This document shows, piece by piece, positions 11,822-26,700 of a stretch of 64,000 nucleotides of DNA. The first letter of the stretch is position 1, and each line of letters begins with the position of its first letter. Location of the stretch: positions 496,001-560,000 of the forward strand of contig JAYWIR010000022.1 in the NCBI GenBank assembly GCA_036172245.1, given 5' to 3'. The stretch is from Raillietiella orientalis. Taxonomy: Eukaryota. A program made the position numbers and the translations under genes. The notes under the pieces were generated by a model that saw nothing but the letters and a program-made list of their open reading frames with translations, was not told the DNA's origin and did not search any database.

Positions 11822-14079
11822 ATAGACATTAGTTATTTTATTTGTCACAAATATATGATGTTAAATTTGTAAAAATATTATTTGTTTACAAAGGCTTAAA
11901 TGGTCCAATACACAGTAACTCATGATGCAGCATTCCAACTGCATAATGAAGGTTATTAAAGGCCCTATTAAATGAACATTGTTGGTGTCATGAAAAAAAA
12001 GTTCCATAGATCAGATTAACAAGACTACAGTTACACATCATTTGTAATATTTATTGTAATTGTCTTCCATTCTGTTTCTGATTCCGCAAGTGCTTCCTTT
12101 TAGAGATTGAAACCTGTTGGAGATTTCAGTTTATAAGCTTTTCAGTGCAAGTGCAATGATGATTTTAGCTTTTTGATAAAAGTACATGCTCGACCTGGCA
12201 GTTTTATTAATTTAAACATTTATTTCATGGCCCTATTTTGAGAATTAAAATGTTAATGTTGTCTACTTTTAAAGTTATATAAATACAGTAAGGAAAGCTT
12301 ACAGTAGTCAGGAGCTATAATTCTGTATGTAGAAAGAATTGAAAAACTGAAGAAATTAAAAGATGAAAGTGGAAGAATGAACAGTGAAGGTCTTTTCAAA
12401 CCATAATTGGTTTGTAACTATGCTGTATACAGTTAAATCTGGATAAACCTCATCTTGATATGTGCTCCTATTGTGAGCTTTCATACAAATGAGGTATAAT
12501 TATAGGAGATATGAAATGAAACAAGTTACTCAACATAAAGAACATATGAAAAAATCAGGGGAAAGGCACTCGTTAATAGATGTGGAGATACATAGGAAAT
12601 CAGTGAAGTTTAAATGAGATGAATATGTTATTCTCTCGCTGAAATGTAATTCAGCAATATTATCATATTTAGATGAGAACAAAAATGCATTTGTTAATGC
12701 CAATATCAAATGAATTGAGTTTAGGGAAAGCAGAAATGATTGGAGCTAAGTGGGTGATATGAATTCATTTAGTTTATGTAATCAAGAAATATAGCTATTT
12801 CAAAAGATACATCAAAAGAGGGAAGAATTTCATATATTCCAAGACTGCATCCAACAATTCACATACAATACAACAATACGATATAATGAAGAGAGTGAGC
12901 TTTTTTTGGTCTGAACTTTAAAAGTGTGGGTTTCTGCTCACAAGAATGGGGCTATCACTTCCTAGCATTCTCTGGTTAATCGTGCAATGAGGGGTGAAGT
13001 TAGATCAAAAAACAAGCTAGGTTCCACATAAGGTTAAAAATCTAGAAAAAAATGAGCCTGCTCAGTTGCAAAAAAATAATAGGAAATAACGTAACATCAA
13101 CTTGGGCTATCTTATGTATCTCAACAAAGAATGAAGTGGAACCCCCTCCCCCCTTTTTTCCCCCTCCCTGCATGCTGGAGACAGAAACTGAACACGGGGA
13201 AGGGTGGGGGGGACTTCAATTGAAGTACATTTCAGTTTCAACGACTGTCCATCTACACTCAGCACGGTAAGTCGGGGAGAAACAGCATTTTAACGCAATT
13301 TCATCTTCGGCACATAAGCTGAGACAGCGAAACATGAAGACGATATTTTAAGATATGTGAAGAGAGAATTCCATAAAAGAGGAAACTGTTTCAGCCATTA
13401 ACGACCTACAATATGAAAACAAAAGGCATGGATAGCTGAAAATGAAACTAAGTGATCCATTAACCAAATTTCCGTGTTTATAATTTGGTGCTAATCGCAA
13501 AAAAAATGTGTGTGTGTGTACATATCCATGCATGCATGCATGCATGGATATAAACACAAATATATGGTTATAAACATGTCAGTTACTAGTATAGTCTTAT
13601 AAAAAATGAATTGGAAATTGGCCAGGGAAATAAAAGAAGACATCATTATCTATTCCAAGATACAGTTTCCGTTTGATTCACTATACTCATAAACCTAAAT
13701 GTGTCTGGTTCGCTGAAATTCATAAAAAATCAGACTTCCTCGTAATTAATAAGTAATTAGCCAGTTTCTTTTATAGTTTGGTCTTACGACACATCCGATA
13801 TAATGACTGTTTTCTTAATAGAGGAAGCCAATAAAACTAAAAGAGCATTTACTGTGTACTGAGTGCAGGCGTGCAAAAAAGCTAAAGATTAACTGAAGAA
13901 CCGATGAAGTTTGGTAAAGCAACTTTTGCGACGCGTGACAATTAGAAAGTCAAAGTAATCAAAGAATCAGAAGTTTAAACTTGATTCAAATTGAATATCA
14001 GTTGTCCCTAGTATGTGAATCGAAAAACAAATTGACAAGCGCTTGAAGATAAGATTGCATTACAAAAATTAAGCCGTAA

Positions 14080-15200
14080 TGGTTTACAAGGAAAGATCAA
14101 AAAGTGCATTCCATTGACTGGTCACATACTGACATTCTGCTCAGAAAGAGATAGAGAAAATATGAAAGCAGTGTTCAAGAAGCTTTACGAAGATTGCCCA
14201 AGTGTGTGAATTTGTATTATCAGGTCAGCAGGTGTTCACTGCATGATTCTCATTTCAGAAGTGGAAGAGCGCTCCATCAGTGCGATTGAAGACACTCCTG
14301 ATATTGTTTGGCGTCATCTGGAGATGCAGGATTGGGAGAATCGGCCTTTGAAAGAATGTCTCAGTCTTGTCAATCTGATGACAACTGCAAGTTGCTTCAG
14401 TCTATTAAAATCTCCAGACCAAGTCTTTACGAACTCTTCGAGCTCAAAAGACGATCAAGCCGTGCAAAGATATATGCAGTACGCGAACAGTAGGTTGTCA
14501 AGTATCTGGACAAATCCAAGTACTCTAGGCTTTTAAATACGGCGAACCAAAGAATAGCAATTAAGAATTCATGTGTGATCAGCACACAAAGCTCAAATTT
14601 ACTATCGGCGTGCACACAGTCCAGAGTGGGGAAGCATGGCACTGTTATCTCGAGAAGCACATAGATCAAAGGAAGGGCCATGTCCTACTTTGGACAAATC
14701 TCGTATGGAGTCGTTTCTGTTATACTAGGGATCAAATAAGATCTTCCCATTGCCTCTCCGTACACGGTAGCCCACATCAAACTTATTTTGCTCGAGAGAG
14801 ACGTCTGCGACTAGCGGAGGGCATCGCATGTGAGAAACCGTTTGGTGTGGAAAAAGTCATTGACGCACATTCTCAACCTCTGTAATCCTGTGTTCATTAC
14901 CAAGAGGCATGATCGTCTGGTTAACGAAATAGGAGCTATGCAGAAGAAACGGGAGCTGGTGATCATCAGCTAGGCAATTCTAGGATTCGACTCAAGTCTC
15001 CTAGACCCATGCTCCAGGACGATACCCGAGTCACCACACTCGATGTTTACTACCCTTAGGGAAACGCAAAGAGAGTTCTGGAGGAAGTACTATTAAGAAC
15101 GAAAATCAGATACGAGGAACTGTTTCCCTTGTGTGCCATAGTGCCGACCTCGGTGAGGGCATTAGTGGCAGACACCCTGGAAGCCTGAAACAAAAGAACG
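14080..15200 (+). mobile_element. Degenerate Ty3/Gypsy LTR-retrotransposon pol relic (RT-RNaseH, possibly integrase)
   Basis: LQGKIKKCIPLTGHILTFCSERDRENMKAVFKKL resembles a decayed YxDD region and following helix. It is followed in order by QDWENRPLKECLSLVN (thumb), TTAS...QYANSRLS (RNase H TDAS...AYASR) and AWHCYLEKHIDQRKG...WSR. Many stops and frameshifts; boundaries approximate. Confidence 0.5.
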
Positions 15201-18059
15201 ACGAGATGCTCGGACGAGTTGGGGTCTCACTCACACAGACAGAAAAACCTGAAGGAGAAGATGGCATGCTGTAATATCAGTTTAGCCATGACATGTAGAG
15301 TTCCTTTCTTACCTCTGGGGAGTCATCAGAACCAGCGGTTCAAGAATGAATACAGTGACCATGAATGAAGCTTAGAAGAATGAAGGCAGAGTGCTGGGAG
15401 ATGCTGACATCAAATCTATCCAACAGATTCCCAGGGAGAACTCCTGTCTCCGATCCTTTTCATTCTGAGTCTGGGACCTGAGAATGAAAAGGGATTATTG
15501 TCATTATGGAATTCGTCTGCCTGTTAGCAAGCAATCCAACGGCAGTAGAAGAAGCAGGAAAGGAAAGAGAGCAAGTTCTCGATCGCTTAACTTTTCACTT
15601 CATCGCCAGTGTCCGCCTCTCACGTCCACCAGTGTCCCTGTAGTCGGATCCTTACAACAGTGAGACCCAGAAAACGACAAGGTTCTCAGTGAGTTGAAAA
15701 TTTCAGGAAGACCGAGCTAAACACCTAAAGAATGGAATGATGAGCATCAATGTCCAGCTCTATCGAGAGGTCCACTGGTAACACCTAATAGGTCATTGCC
15801 AGTACTCCTACATATATGCAACCAGAACGATCATAGGAGAGGATGGAAAAGCGCGGAGAATGCATAAATTCTCGCCTCCTCACGCTTTGACGTACTTCCG
15901 ACATTTCCTTTTGCATACATTTCAAGAAGAATAAAAACTTCTGACCTGATGGTCAGATGATGAAAACAGAAAATCCTCTCGAACATTTATTTTATGCACC
16001 AAAAGTTTAAATAAAGGCGTCCATATGGGTTCTAAAATAACCAAGGGTTTAAAAAAAAAAAAAAGGAATCAAGATTTTAGAAGTCAAAAGCTCCAGTGTG
16101 TTTTAAAAAAACAAAAGAAAAACAATAATTTAAAGATCTAAATATAAATTTTAAGGAGAGCAAGATATTACAAAAAGTTATTATAACAAGAAATGAGGTT
16201 TTCTTTGAAATGTAGTGAAGCCTTACAGATCTGTGCTGAATGGAGTGAGAAACGAGCAATCAACAGAGAGATAAAGAGACCTGATGTGTCAAGCTTTGTA
16301 GACGAAGACATTTTTGAAGGCAATATCAATGGACCAGTTAACCATATAATAAGCACAAAACTTTTCTCATTTGAAGTGTAAAAAATGCTTCTTGACAAGC
16401 TGGGCTTTCAGCATTCCAGAAAACCAAGAGCTAATGAAGTAAGTAAATTTCAATAAGAGAGTACAAGTTAATGAAACAGTAAATGCAATAGAAAGTTTAG
16501 AATGCTAAAGATTAGAATACGACTCAGGGGACACTGAATTTTTTTAAAATGTGGTAAAAACGTAATAGGTAGAGCAAGTTGTGCATTAGCATAGAATTAT
16601 GCATTTCCTAATAAAGCAGAAATTCACTGTACAGACTGTATACAGACATACTAAATGTACAAAGAAAGACAGTAAACAGTTAAAATTCTGGAAGAGATTT
16701 TCTGGCACCAATGCAAGCAAATGCATATCATAATCTACTATACTGAAAAGATTCAGTCAGCATGCATCCATAGTCAGCAGACAATTTCTGAACAGGTGCA
16801 TGAGGCCTAAGTAGAGAAGGTCTGAAAAGGATTTTCCATTTTTTTTTTACATTCAAAAGATCCATTATCAGAGGTGAATTGGGTGCCGAATCAGACCCTC
16901 ATAACTCTCGTTATGGCAAAGTTAAGTTCCACATATTCACTTTGTGACATGTCATTATTGAAAAAAAACTTATGTATGATAAAGTATGATAAAACGAAAG
17001 CACTACGTTAATGTTTGCAATTCAGTTTCACATGCAAAACACCTCAGCAACATGCGCATACGATCGAGAATCTGTGGGGACTTTTTTAAATAGAAGTCAA
17101 TCTTGGATATGACTTTAGTGATTTAGTGATTTTATACGAACTGTAGCGAAGATTTGTTTAAAAACGCTAAAAAATATTTAAGTGAATATTTTAGAAGTAT
17201 TAAATATGTGTTTTGTTTTAACAGTGAAATTAATAGTAATGTTGAATGTTGATGGGTTAAATAAAATGATTGTTATGTGTAAGAAAATGATTTAATGGTA
17301 GATATTAGATTGTATGGCTCGTGCATGTGCACACGTACGTCATATGTATTATGGTGATTTCCTGAATGAAGATTCCTTTTAATCCTAGGTTGTTTCGATT
17401 TTTTGATGTGTAAGAAACGCAGGACTGTGTACTTAAGGATATTAAAAAGGGGCTGTCATTTTAAATTAGTTTTGTGAAAAACAGATACAGAGAGCAAACT
17501 ATGTACGAAAATTAAAAAGTCTGATAAGGCCTGAAACATATTCGCGAATGTGTAATGAGAATGTATAAACGTTGCACAGTTCTTGAATTTCTATCGACAT
17601 ACAAATTTCATCATAATTCACAGGTATTATTAGAGCTCGAGAATCATTTAAATCTTTAATCGTATATACATAATCTTATTAATCAGCTGTATGGTGTACC
17701 TATGTGAAATACTCCTCCCTCTAGAAATCACGCAATTTTCCTATAAGCAGAATTTCCACTACAGTGGAATATATTTCATTACATTGCCCTGTTGAAAATT
17801 TTCCCTCCCAAAGGAAGCATATTCAGTGCAACCACGCATGTAGGATAAATCTCGTGTACATTAAGATGAAACACCAGCTTGCTTTATAGCTTGCAAGAAA
17901 GGCACCAAAGTTTTTTTTTTCCAGATATGCGTTTGTGATTTCTTGAAACAGAGCGTAAACAGAAAGTACGAAGTAGGATTTCAGTTACACACAGTTTTTC
18001 CATTTAGATTGAGCCATATTATTACTGGCAAGTTTTTTTTCTTTGTTTGCACTAAGGTT

Positions 18060-18500
18060 TATATCCTAGTGGAATGAAGAAAAAAAATATGTCAGCATCC
18101 ATATTATGGTTTATTCGTCCATCTCGGTTCAAAATGTGTGAAAAAGATTTTCCTTTGAAGATTATCTGAAATGGTGATCTACCATTTCGCATATTCTTAC
18201 TGAAATGCATTCAAAATTTATGCCAAGATTGTTTCTAAATATCTGAATAACACACCGAAATACTTATTTCAAGTGGAACCTCATTCAGTAGCTGTTTGCT
18301 GATTACTGGGTACACGGAGTTTTCACAGAGATTTTCCATGAAAAAAAATTGAATTGATAATTATTTAAAATTTTGGAATCGCTGAAACAATGTCAACAAA
18401 TTTTATCGAGAAACCAATACCATAGATGAAGCTCTTGTGCAGCCTTCGACATTGCTTTCAGGTCCCTACTAAGCCTGGTGATTGGATTTGAGTGTTAAGC
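18060..18500 (+). mobile_element. piggyBac-like transposase relic
   Basis: About 18402-18490 translates, with one frameshift, as FYRETNTIDEALVQP / RHCFQVPTKPG. This matches the piggyBac catalytic block IDE-x-x-x-F-x-GR-x-x-F-x-Q-Y-x-P-x-KP. No intact ORF or TIRs were identified. Confidence 0.55.
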
Positions 18501-21500
18501 CATGTCATTTACTGAAAAATGAGATTACACCCAAATCTTTTTACACAAGGCAATTGCCGCCGTTGTTGTTGATGCAAACCATAGGTTGATGGTTTGCATC
18601 GTTAGCATACCACAGGATGATTTCTTGCCATTTGAAGTAATGTGTAGGTGCCGTATCCTTCCTCATTAGATGACCACTCCGTGGAAGCGGCCGGAAGTTT
18701 ATGCTGTACAAATTTCTGTGCAAACTTCTGCTGCACATTTATCTGAAACGACCGGATTCAGTCGGTGTGCTCTCGCTGTGTATGTACGATCGTGTCACGG
18801 TATTAATGTACCAGTTGTGTTGATGAGAGTGCAAATAAATTTCCGGTATTTATTGAACGTTGCACCTTGCGAGCGGCTCACTGCAAGCGCTGTGTCTCTC
18901 CCAGTGGCGTCCGGTCTGGTTGTGTCCGTGTCGTGGGGCCAAACTTTTTGCACTTCATCCCCTGAGTAATGCAACCTCCTACACCAAATCAGTTCCATGA
19001 TGGATCATTTCATGTGCTTGCATCAGTGGTAGGTTCCAGTCTTGATAATCCGTTTTCCCATCCACTTGGAGGAAGCAAATTGACAAAAAAAGGGCGATTT
19101 GTGTGTATCATTGGAGTAGATTTCAGTCTTTCTTCTCCGTTACGTTTAGGTATTTTTAATGCTACATATAGTTTTTGCAGCATTCATGTTGTCTGTGTGT
19201 GCAGGAGTGTATGCAAATTAGAAGTGTTTATGCTCGTGTTTTCACACTAGAATTTTTTTTTTATTTCGGGATGCGAAAAACGATTTAAACTCGAGCAAAG
19301 TAATCTTTCACATGTTTGGAAGTCCCAATTAATTATGGCCTGTTATAATTAATGCCCATTTCGAGTGTAACCTAATGTAGCTAATGTTCATTTAGATGTT
19401 TATTTAATGTAAGCAGTGTGATGCTGGCAAAAAGAGGTAACTGCTTGCGGAGTCTATTAATGCATTTTAAAGACTGAATTTTTTGAGTTCCTTCGTGAGA
19501 TTTCAGTTTTAACAAACAAAAACACATTCATAATTCCAGTGGGTGAACACTGAAAACAAATAGTGGTGACCAACTGACATGGAAGTTTTTATTCATTGCT
19601 TGATTTATTTCTATTTGTTGTGGTGTACTGAAATGTATATTATTTTAATGGATAACAGTAATATGTAACAATATATTAAGTATCCCCATGGGCATTGCTA
19701 AGATCTGCATTTTGAAATTGTTTCCTTTTTACAAACAATTAGATGTACATCAGTATATTCAATATTCTACATTTGTTTAAAATATTTGAAGCATCAAGGT
19801 TTTCATGAATTCTCCATTGTACTACTATCATAATAGTTTGCAATCGATTAAAGAAAATTGGATTGAGAATTCTCTTCCTGAGAAATGATTGAAGTACATC
19901 ATTTTTGGATTGAAATTTTGAATAAGTGGGATTATGGGTGGTTTTTATCATCCATTGGGGATCACATCTGCACTTATATTATGGTGCTTTAAAAAGAAAA
20001 TGTGTGAATGATAGAATCTTGTGTGTTCACCATTGCAAAAGTGAAGATTCAGTTGAAGATTCATGAATTTTTTTTGAAGCATTCTAAATTTGTACCTATC
20101 ATTTTGAGCAGGGGAAAATTTTTAGTTACCAAACAAGTATCAGCATTAATTAAATGTGCATTAGGATGAAACAAAACATTCTAAATGGCGAATTGACCCA
20201 AATTTAATGGATCTTCGAAAACCCATCTCACAAGACACTGAAATCTGTGGAACAATTAAGATGCAGCATTTTGGACATGATTTGAAAACTTGCCTCTAAA
20301 CAAAAGGACTTGGTGTCTCCCTGTGCATAGATTACTACAATTGCTGAAATTTTCTTTAAAAACTCATACTTGAATTGAAGTTTGTATTTGAATTACGGAT
20401 TCTTACTATTGTTTTGGAGGGAATATAGAGTGCATTTAGCAAAAATTTAAATTGCAGTGTTACACAATATACTGCATGCTGAATACATCCACAGTACAGC
20501 CCTTTTCTGTAGTCATCAAAAACATTTTAAATTTGAAATCCAGCCCATGGATTTTTGATTCTGAGTCAAAATCAAGTTTGAAATAAATTACCGTTAATTT
20601 TTGAATATGTTTTTCAACCGAATTTTGTTTGGCATTCAGTTGTAATCTTTTTGAATTATGATATTCAAATTCTGAATTTATTTGGTATTTTAATGCTTTG
20701 TTTTAGAATTGCACTTTCAAAAACTAAGAAGAATCTCACTTCTTGGATACAGAACCGTTGAATTACAGTGTGGATTGTAATTCAACAGCAGTTCGTAAAA
20801 TGTGATTGTGTCCTTGGTTGTTATGAATGTTACGAGTTTAAAATTGCATCCTTTTTTTTTTTTACCCCTTTTAAGTCTTCACATTGCAGTGTGGAGAGGA
20901 GTCCCCAAAATACATGCATTTCCTTTTTCCAAAATGAGTCGATTAATGCTTTTTGAAGTTTTTGCACGTTTTTAAGATGAGTTCGAATCGGAAGACATGA
21001 TCTCGCAGTTGTCAAATGACTTTTTTTTTTTGTCCTCTCGAGTCCAAGCAGCCGAATTTTTCTCTGATCCGTCGTTATAATTTTTCCACTTTAAATAAAA
21101 AGAAAGGAAAAGATCGCATCCTTATGCTTTGAACTCCGTAGGTTTCCCCGTGTGAACGTGGTTTTCGAACGCTGTTGAGGTTTTCTTCCAGCTGCCAATT
21201 TGTAATCAAGGAAAATTGATAGTTACATAGGAACCATAGAAATTTGATCACAAAGAGTGTGGCTGAAGTTATCCAGATGGTCATTTTGAGTAATAGGTAA
21301 TTTTGTCATCGTGGTTTTCAGCACTTTTGTCCCGTTACCTTGGAATTTCTGTGGTCGGATGTAACTTTTGAAATGCAACGTTGTGTTCTCGATGATGGTT
21401 CCAGCTTTGGACTGAGAAGGGATGTTGAAGAAAAAAACAGGACCGAGCTATTTGGAAAGAATGGATGAAACACGCGTCAAGTGGAGCCAGCACTCCATTT

Positions 21501-23729
21501 TTGCTTTCAGTACATCACGAGAAGAACTGAATGGGGCAGGAAAAGGAGATGAGATGGTTGCTGTTTTCACGTTTTTCACGTTGTCGTTTAGTAACTCGCA
21601 ACACGAATGTAAAAAAAGGAAAAAAAGGGTAGTTGCATCATTAGGTGACCAAGGGATAGGAACACTCCGTGTAGCAACTCGCTCATCAGGCCCTGTTGAA
21701 ATCAGGCTTGCCATGGCGCAGTGGAAAATTTACCATCGGTTGTGTTAACTTACCAAGAACCAGCTGCATGAGTAAATTACAGCTCTCTCGTTATTCATTT
21801 ACTTATGTAACATTAAAAAAAAAAAAAAAAAAAGAGCGATCGTGAGTGTGTTTTCTAAATGTTGCACTTGTGGTAGACTTCACGATCCGATTGCAGCACC
21901 CGGTTAAATCTTTGTATTGATTTTTGGCGGACAGATGTGATCGTTTCAAATGAATGTTTTTCGAAAGGTTTTCTTTCGTACGTAGCCGTTTTTGGAATTG
22001 TGGAACCCCTTGCGTGCTGCCCACCTTTCCGAAAAATCCACGGAATCCAGTCATTAAATGAAAGATTGATTTTTTAGCATACAGTTTTTTCGAGTGTCAG
22101 AAAGGAAATTTGTTGAAGCATCGCAGAGTTTAATGCCTCGCACTTGCGGTTTCTAGCAAATCTGGTGTTGTGATCGATTGACCATGTGGGTGAATTAGCC
22201 ATGGGCAGTTTTCCGTGAAGGAGGAAAACGTCATCGCCCGTGATTTCCCTGCATTCTCGATGAACCGCCGGGTCTCCGCTTCTTTCGCTAAATGAAAACC
22301 CTACCCATCCCATTGCCATCCCATAATCAGCGGTGTGCCTGTGGTTTCAACCTGGCCGGAATGTTGTGAAGTGTCAGCGTGTAGATTAACGTGCCGATTC
22401 TCTCTGATGGAACATTGGATTCAAGGATGATGTGAGCAAGGTGCCGGCTCACCGCGTTCTTCAGCTCGCGCCCATGCATTCGTTGGGAACATCCTTTTTT
22501 TTTTTTTCGGTGAAATGAAGCAGTCGAAAGGTGAAAAATTTCATCTTCGGAAAATGCTTTAAAAATACTCAGCTGTTTTTATATAGATGGTAAACGAGAG
22601 AAGTTGTTTCATTTTTGCAGTCCCTTCGGTGAAGACTTTGCATTTCCTCGTCCTAAACTCATTTTTCTCATCGATGCAAAGAAACTGTGTGCGTTTATTT
22701 TTACGGGCAGAGTTTCCAGTCGTCAAAGTTAAAGGTGAAAACGAAGTAAATTATTTTTCCCAATTTTTGTGTTTCACATGTCTACCAATTTTCCAAGTCA
22801 GCAGGACATTTCATAATTCTGTGCTTCCAAATCGAAGGAGTAATTTCCGTTAATAATTAATGGCTGCTGCAATTTGAACGGTGCTGGGTCACGTGCTTTA
22901 GATTTCTTCTGATTGTTCGCAATTACTTATAGAATAATTCATCGGATCATTAAAATGAATGTTGCAGGTTGTAGTGCGGCTTAAAGTGTGTGATCACATT
23001 TGCAAGAGAGTATTTAGACAAATTGATCATGGTTTCACCTTTTTTTCCCTTCTAAACCCCGTGTCCGGCTGTACGGTGTTCAGGTTCCACTCACAGGTGT
23101 CACGGTGTTCGATGGGAATTCTTTCGCCGTTGTAACTGCATTTCGTATTCATTGCGTGTAATGAAATCACCCCAAGTCATAACGAAGGCCTATGAAATTC
23201 ATAGTAACACATAGATAAATTTGTCTATTTAGCTGTCGTTTGCGATGACCGAGACGAAAAATCGAAAGAAAGGAGGAGGTGAATGATATTTATCCAAGTT
23301 GTTTTCATTAAGGTAAAGTAGTTTGAAAAGTGTTATACAAATACGAGTTAAGATTCCTGTTTGCATTTTCGAGATAACAATAACCTCAACTTTGCATTTC
23401 ATCCGAATTAGTTTGGTGAAAGCATGAATGAATTAGTGAATATATCTATCCACAATAAGTGTATGCCACCGTATCCACTAATACTGGAAACAAGACTGGT
23501 AATTTCTAGGTAACCCATTTGTTATAACCCCGTTTGCCAATGTAGTTTTTTTTTTTTGTATTTGCTTTACTTGAATCAAGTAGAGCAAAACTGTATGTAA
23601 AGAGTATCCACTGATCCAGAAAAATTGTGGAATAAATACTTACTATGGTTTGGATGGGGTTGACATTTTGGCGGTGGAAGCAAGGAAGCCTGTAAACTAA
23701 TGATTGGAACCATTTTAGGTGGATTCTAA

Positions 23730-26700
23730 ATGGATAACATGAATAATTCTGTACCTACACGTCTAACTAACAGCTACAGCAGTCAGAGTATTCATTCCAA
23801 TTTTTCTGATGATTCATTAATTTGTGGGGAAAGTAGAGCTGAAATTGCCAATTCTCCTTTCTGTAAGCAGTTGCCTGAAGATGAAGACACGCTATCTAAT
23901 AGTAGCACAATTGATACCCAGGAAGTGGAAGATCATTCTGAAAGTTCTTCAGATAAAGGTGTATTGCTTGTCTTGCATGAAAAGCTTCTTGTCTATATTG
24001 AATTCTTGCTAATTAAACTTTTTCCATAAACACACATAAATCATTTGTAACAGTCTCCATGAATGTTATTGGAATGTGTTTATAAATGTATTCAAATAAA
24101 AAGCACAATTTTCATGTGAGGATTCTTGCAGACTGCAGATTCTTCTAGATTAAGTTCGAATTATGTTATCTTTGTCGAATTCAAGTAAGCCTCCGGTTCA
24201 ATTTGTTTTGTGATGTATAGTGAGTTTTAGACCATCTAATGCAAAAGTGTAACTTTTTTAAATATATGTTGTAATATCGCATAACATCTGTCCTTGTTCT
24301 GACATTTGCCCCTGTTCAGATGTCTTGTTTTCATTCATAAAGGAGTACATTCGTGAAAAAAAAAAAAAAATCAATTTTCACATGAATTTACAATTTGCAA
24401 ATACTTAAATACAATTTGGTGAGGTTAAATTTGTATTTATCAAGAGATGTGGTTGTTTCAAGTGCGAATTTTTTATAGTGAACTTGAAATATGATGGATG
24501 TAGTCTCTGAGTTTGAAACAAACACCGAATCCAACTTTTTAACAAACTTCACAGTTTTTTAAACAGTTGTTAACAACGACGTGCAAAATTGTTTTGGGAA
24601 ATAGAGAACAGATTCTTAAAAAAAGAAAAAAAAAGAAAACAAAAAAAAGCCGTCAAATCGGTAACCTTGGTTACCACAGGAACCCTTTGCTTTCTTCGGT
24701 GTTCCCCTCTTAAGCTAGTCGCGTTTAGAATGAGATGATAAATATTGTGACTCAACTCCTTCGTGACTCAGCCCTTCTCTATGATGACCAGTCGCTACGA
24801 ATTCCTGTGGAATCATGCGTTTGCCATGAATAGCAAAGGGATAAGAGTCAGCATTTGTTATTCTTCATCGCCTATGCAGATTGTACGTCCCTGTCTCCAT
24901 ACCCACAGTAGGATGGATAGACTTTTTCTCCTTCTGCGAAAAGCTTCGAGTTTTCATGGGAACGAATTTGTCAGGCTTTTCGGTTCATGGCTCATTGATG
25001 ATTGATGGGTTTTCGACTATCACTGGTAGTTTCCCTTCGTCTACGTGCACCTCAGCTGCTTAGATTCTAGTGCAATCTTCTTGAACTTGAAAGATGATTG
25101 CCGTCACCGAACGCTGCTGTAAAGGCTGTGGAGTTATTTAAACCAATATGTGTGTTAGGGCCCAATGTGGCCCAATACAGGTTCGGGCCTTTCCGTCTCT
25201 CCCGTCTCATCAGAGTCGGAAATTTAACTGACCACGGATCATCGTGTCCATCCTTTTTGCAGGGTAAATAAGACTGGTAAATGGATTATTTGTAAGAAGA
25301 CTGCAAACTTGATGAAATGCTTACGATAACAAAATGGAACGTTCGTAAAGTCAAACTGGAAGCATCTGATTCCTCAGAAGAGGGAGTGCTCTTCATCCGT
25401 ATTTCAGGAGTTCTTGAATGCGGTTGGTCTCGGTGTCGGTAATTTGTCAACTGCCGATGCTTGTCAGTCAAGTGTTCACATTTGTTGTTGTAATGTAATG
25501 TCGAGCCTTCTCCGTAAGAATTTTCGCGCTTCGGAAATCACTTGGGTGAGCACGAACCGTTTTTCGGTGAAATAGGATATTGCCTTTCGAAACCCAGGAA
25601 GTGCGAATCAGTGCTGTAAATCAATTTTGTGTTGGAATGAATGAAAGAACTTTGCCAGTGTTCGAAAGTGACTTCAGTTCGATGCAAACTACTTGCACCA
25701 TGAACTTGTTTGGAGGCAATCAGCTATGTATCTTCAGAACTGCAATAATCTGCATTTTCTTTTCATTAATTACATTCTCCCCATGTTTACGTCACAGGAA
25801 TGTATAGGTCTTCTACCCGAAAACATGACATGCTCTGGAGAGACACTCAAGCTGATGGAATGTTACGTTGCTCTGTGTCCACTTCGTCCGATTCGGAAAG
25901 CCCAGGTGAGTGTTCTTCAGTTCAAGGAAAGTAAAAGAACTGACTTTCATATAACCGAAGTTGTGCATGCTTTCGAGATGTTCTCTGTATACTTAAGTGC
26001 AAAAAATACTTTGATTCATACCACTGTGTTCATCAGAACTCACCAATGTGTTCAGATTTTTTTTTCTTTTTTCTTTTTTTTCCAATGTATTGCGTCTTGT
26101 CCCAGCATTTGTCCGAAAAAGAATATCTTTAAAACGGTAGCAGTAACTGCTGTGCTTTTCTTTCAGCAGTGGTAGCTAACGCATTACGTGCTGCTGTCAA
26201 TGCAGTCGGATCAGTGTAATTAGCAAGGCTGGTCGAATCCCATGTGGGAATGAAGGATAACCCATTTTCGGAAGGAATAGATTGTTTTTTTCTTTTTCCA
26301 GTCACTTCGTTTACGTTTGCATGCTACTTTCATGCCCTCAGCATTCAAATCAACGATGGTAGGCTACTTCAATGTAAAAAGTAGATCACAGGAATCGGAA
26401 GCGGTTTGGTATTTTATCGGGATTCTGGATTTGGGGTTACATTCCCACGAATGAAATTTCAAGCGTGAAATGCAGATCAGGGGAGATTAACGAAAAGCAC
26501 TTATCAGAAAATCCAAATCTTAACTCAATCAGCTGTGTTCCGATTTCAAGAGGTGCCTTTGTGCCGCCCTTAATTTATAAGCATGTTCAGGAATGGCATC
26601 TTTTATTGTAAGCCTACGTGCCAAATATTTTGTTCCTTCAATGAAAGAATAAAAAGGTTCCGTTTGGCATTGCTTCATGAAGGGGAGGAGGCATCAGCAC

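Noticed and set aside
18541..19000. GC-richer segment with overlapping short ORFs next to the piggyBac relic
   Set aside because: Could not be assigned to any protein or element family by eye.
19740..20400. Possible integrase relic on the minus strand (NGEHTRF...FFLKHHNI; PTYSKFQSKN)
   Set aside because: Similarity is too weak to support without an HMM search.
26165..26250. tRNA/SINE-like A-box (GCAGTGGTAGC) and B-box-like GGTCGAATCCC
   Set aside because: No cloverleaf could be folded and the boxes are imperfect; at most a decayed SINE.
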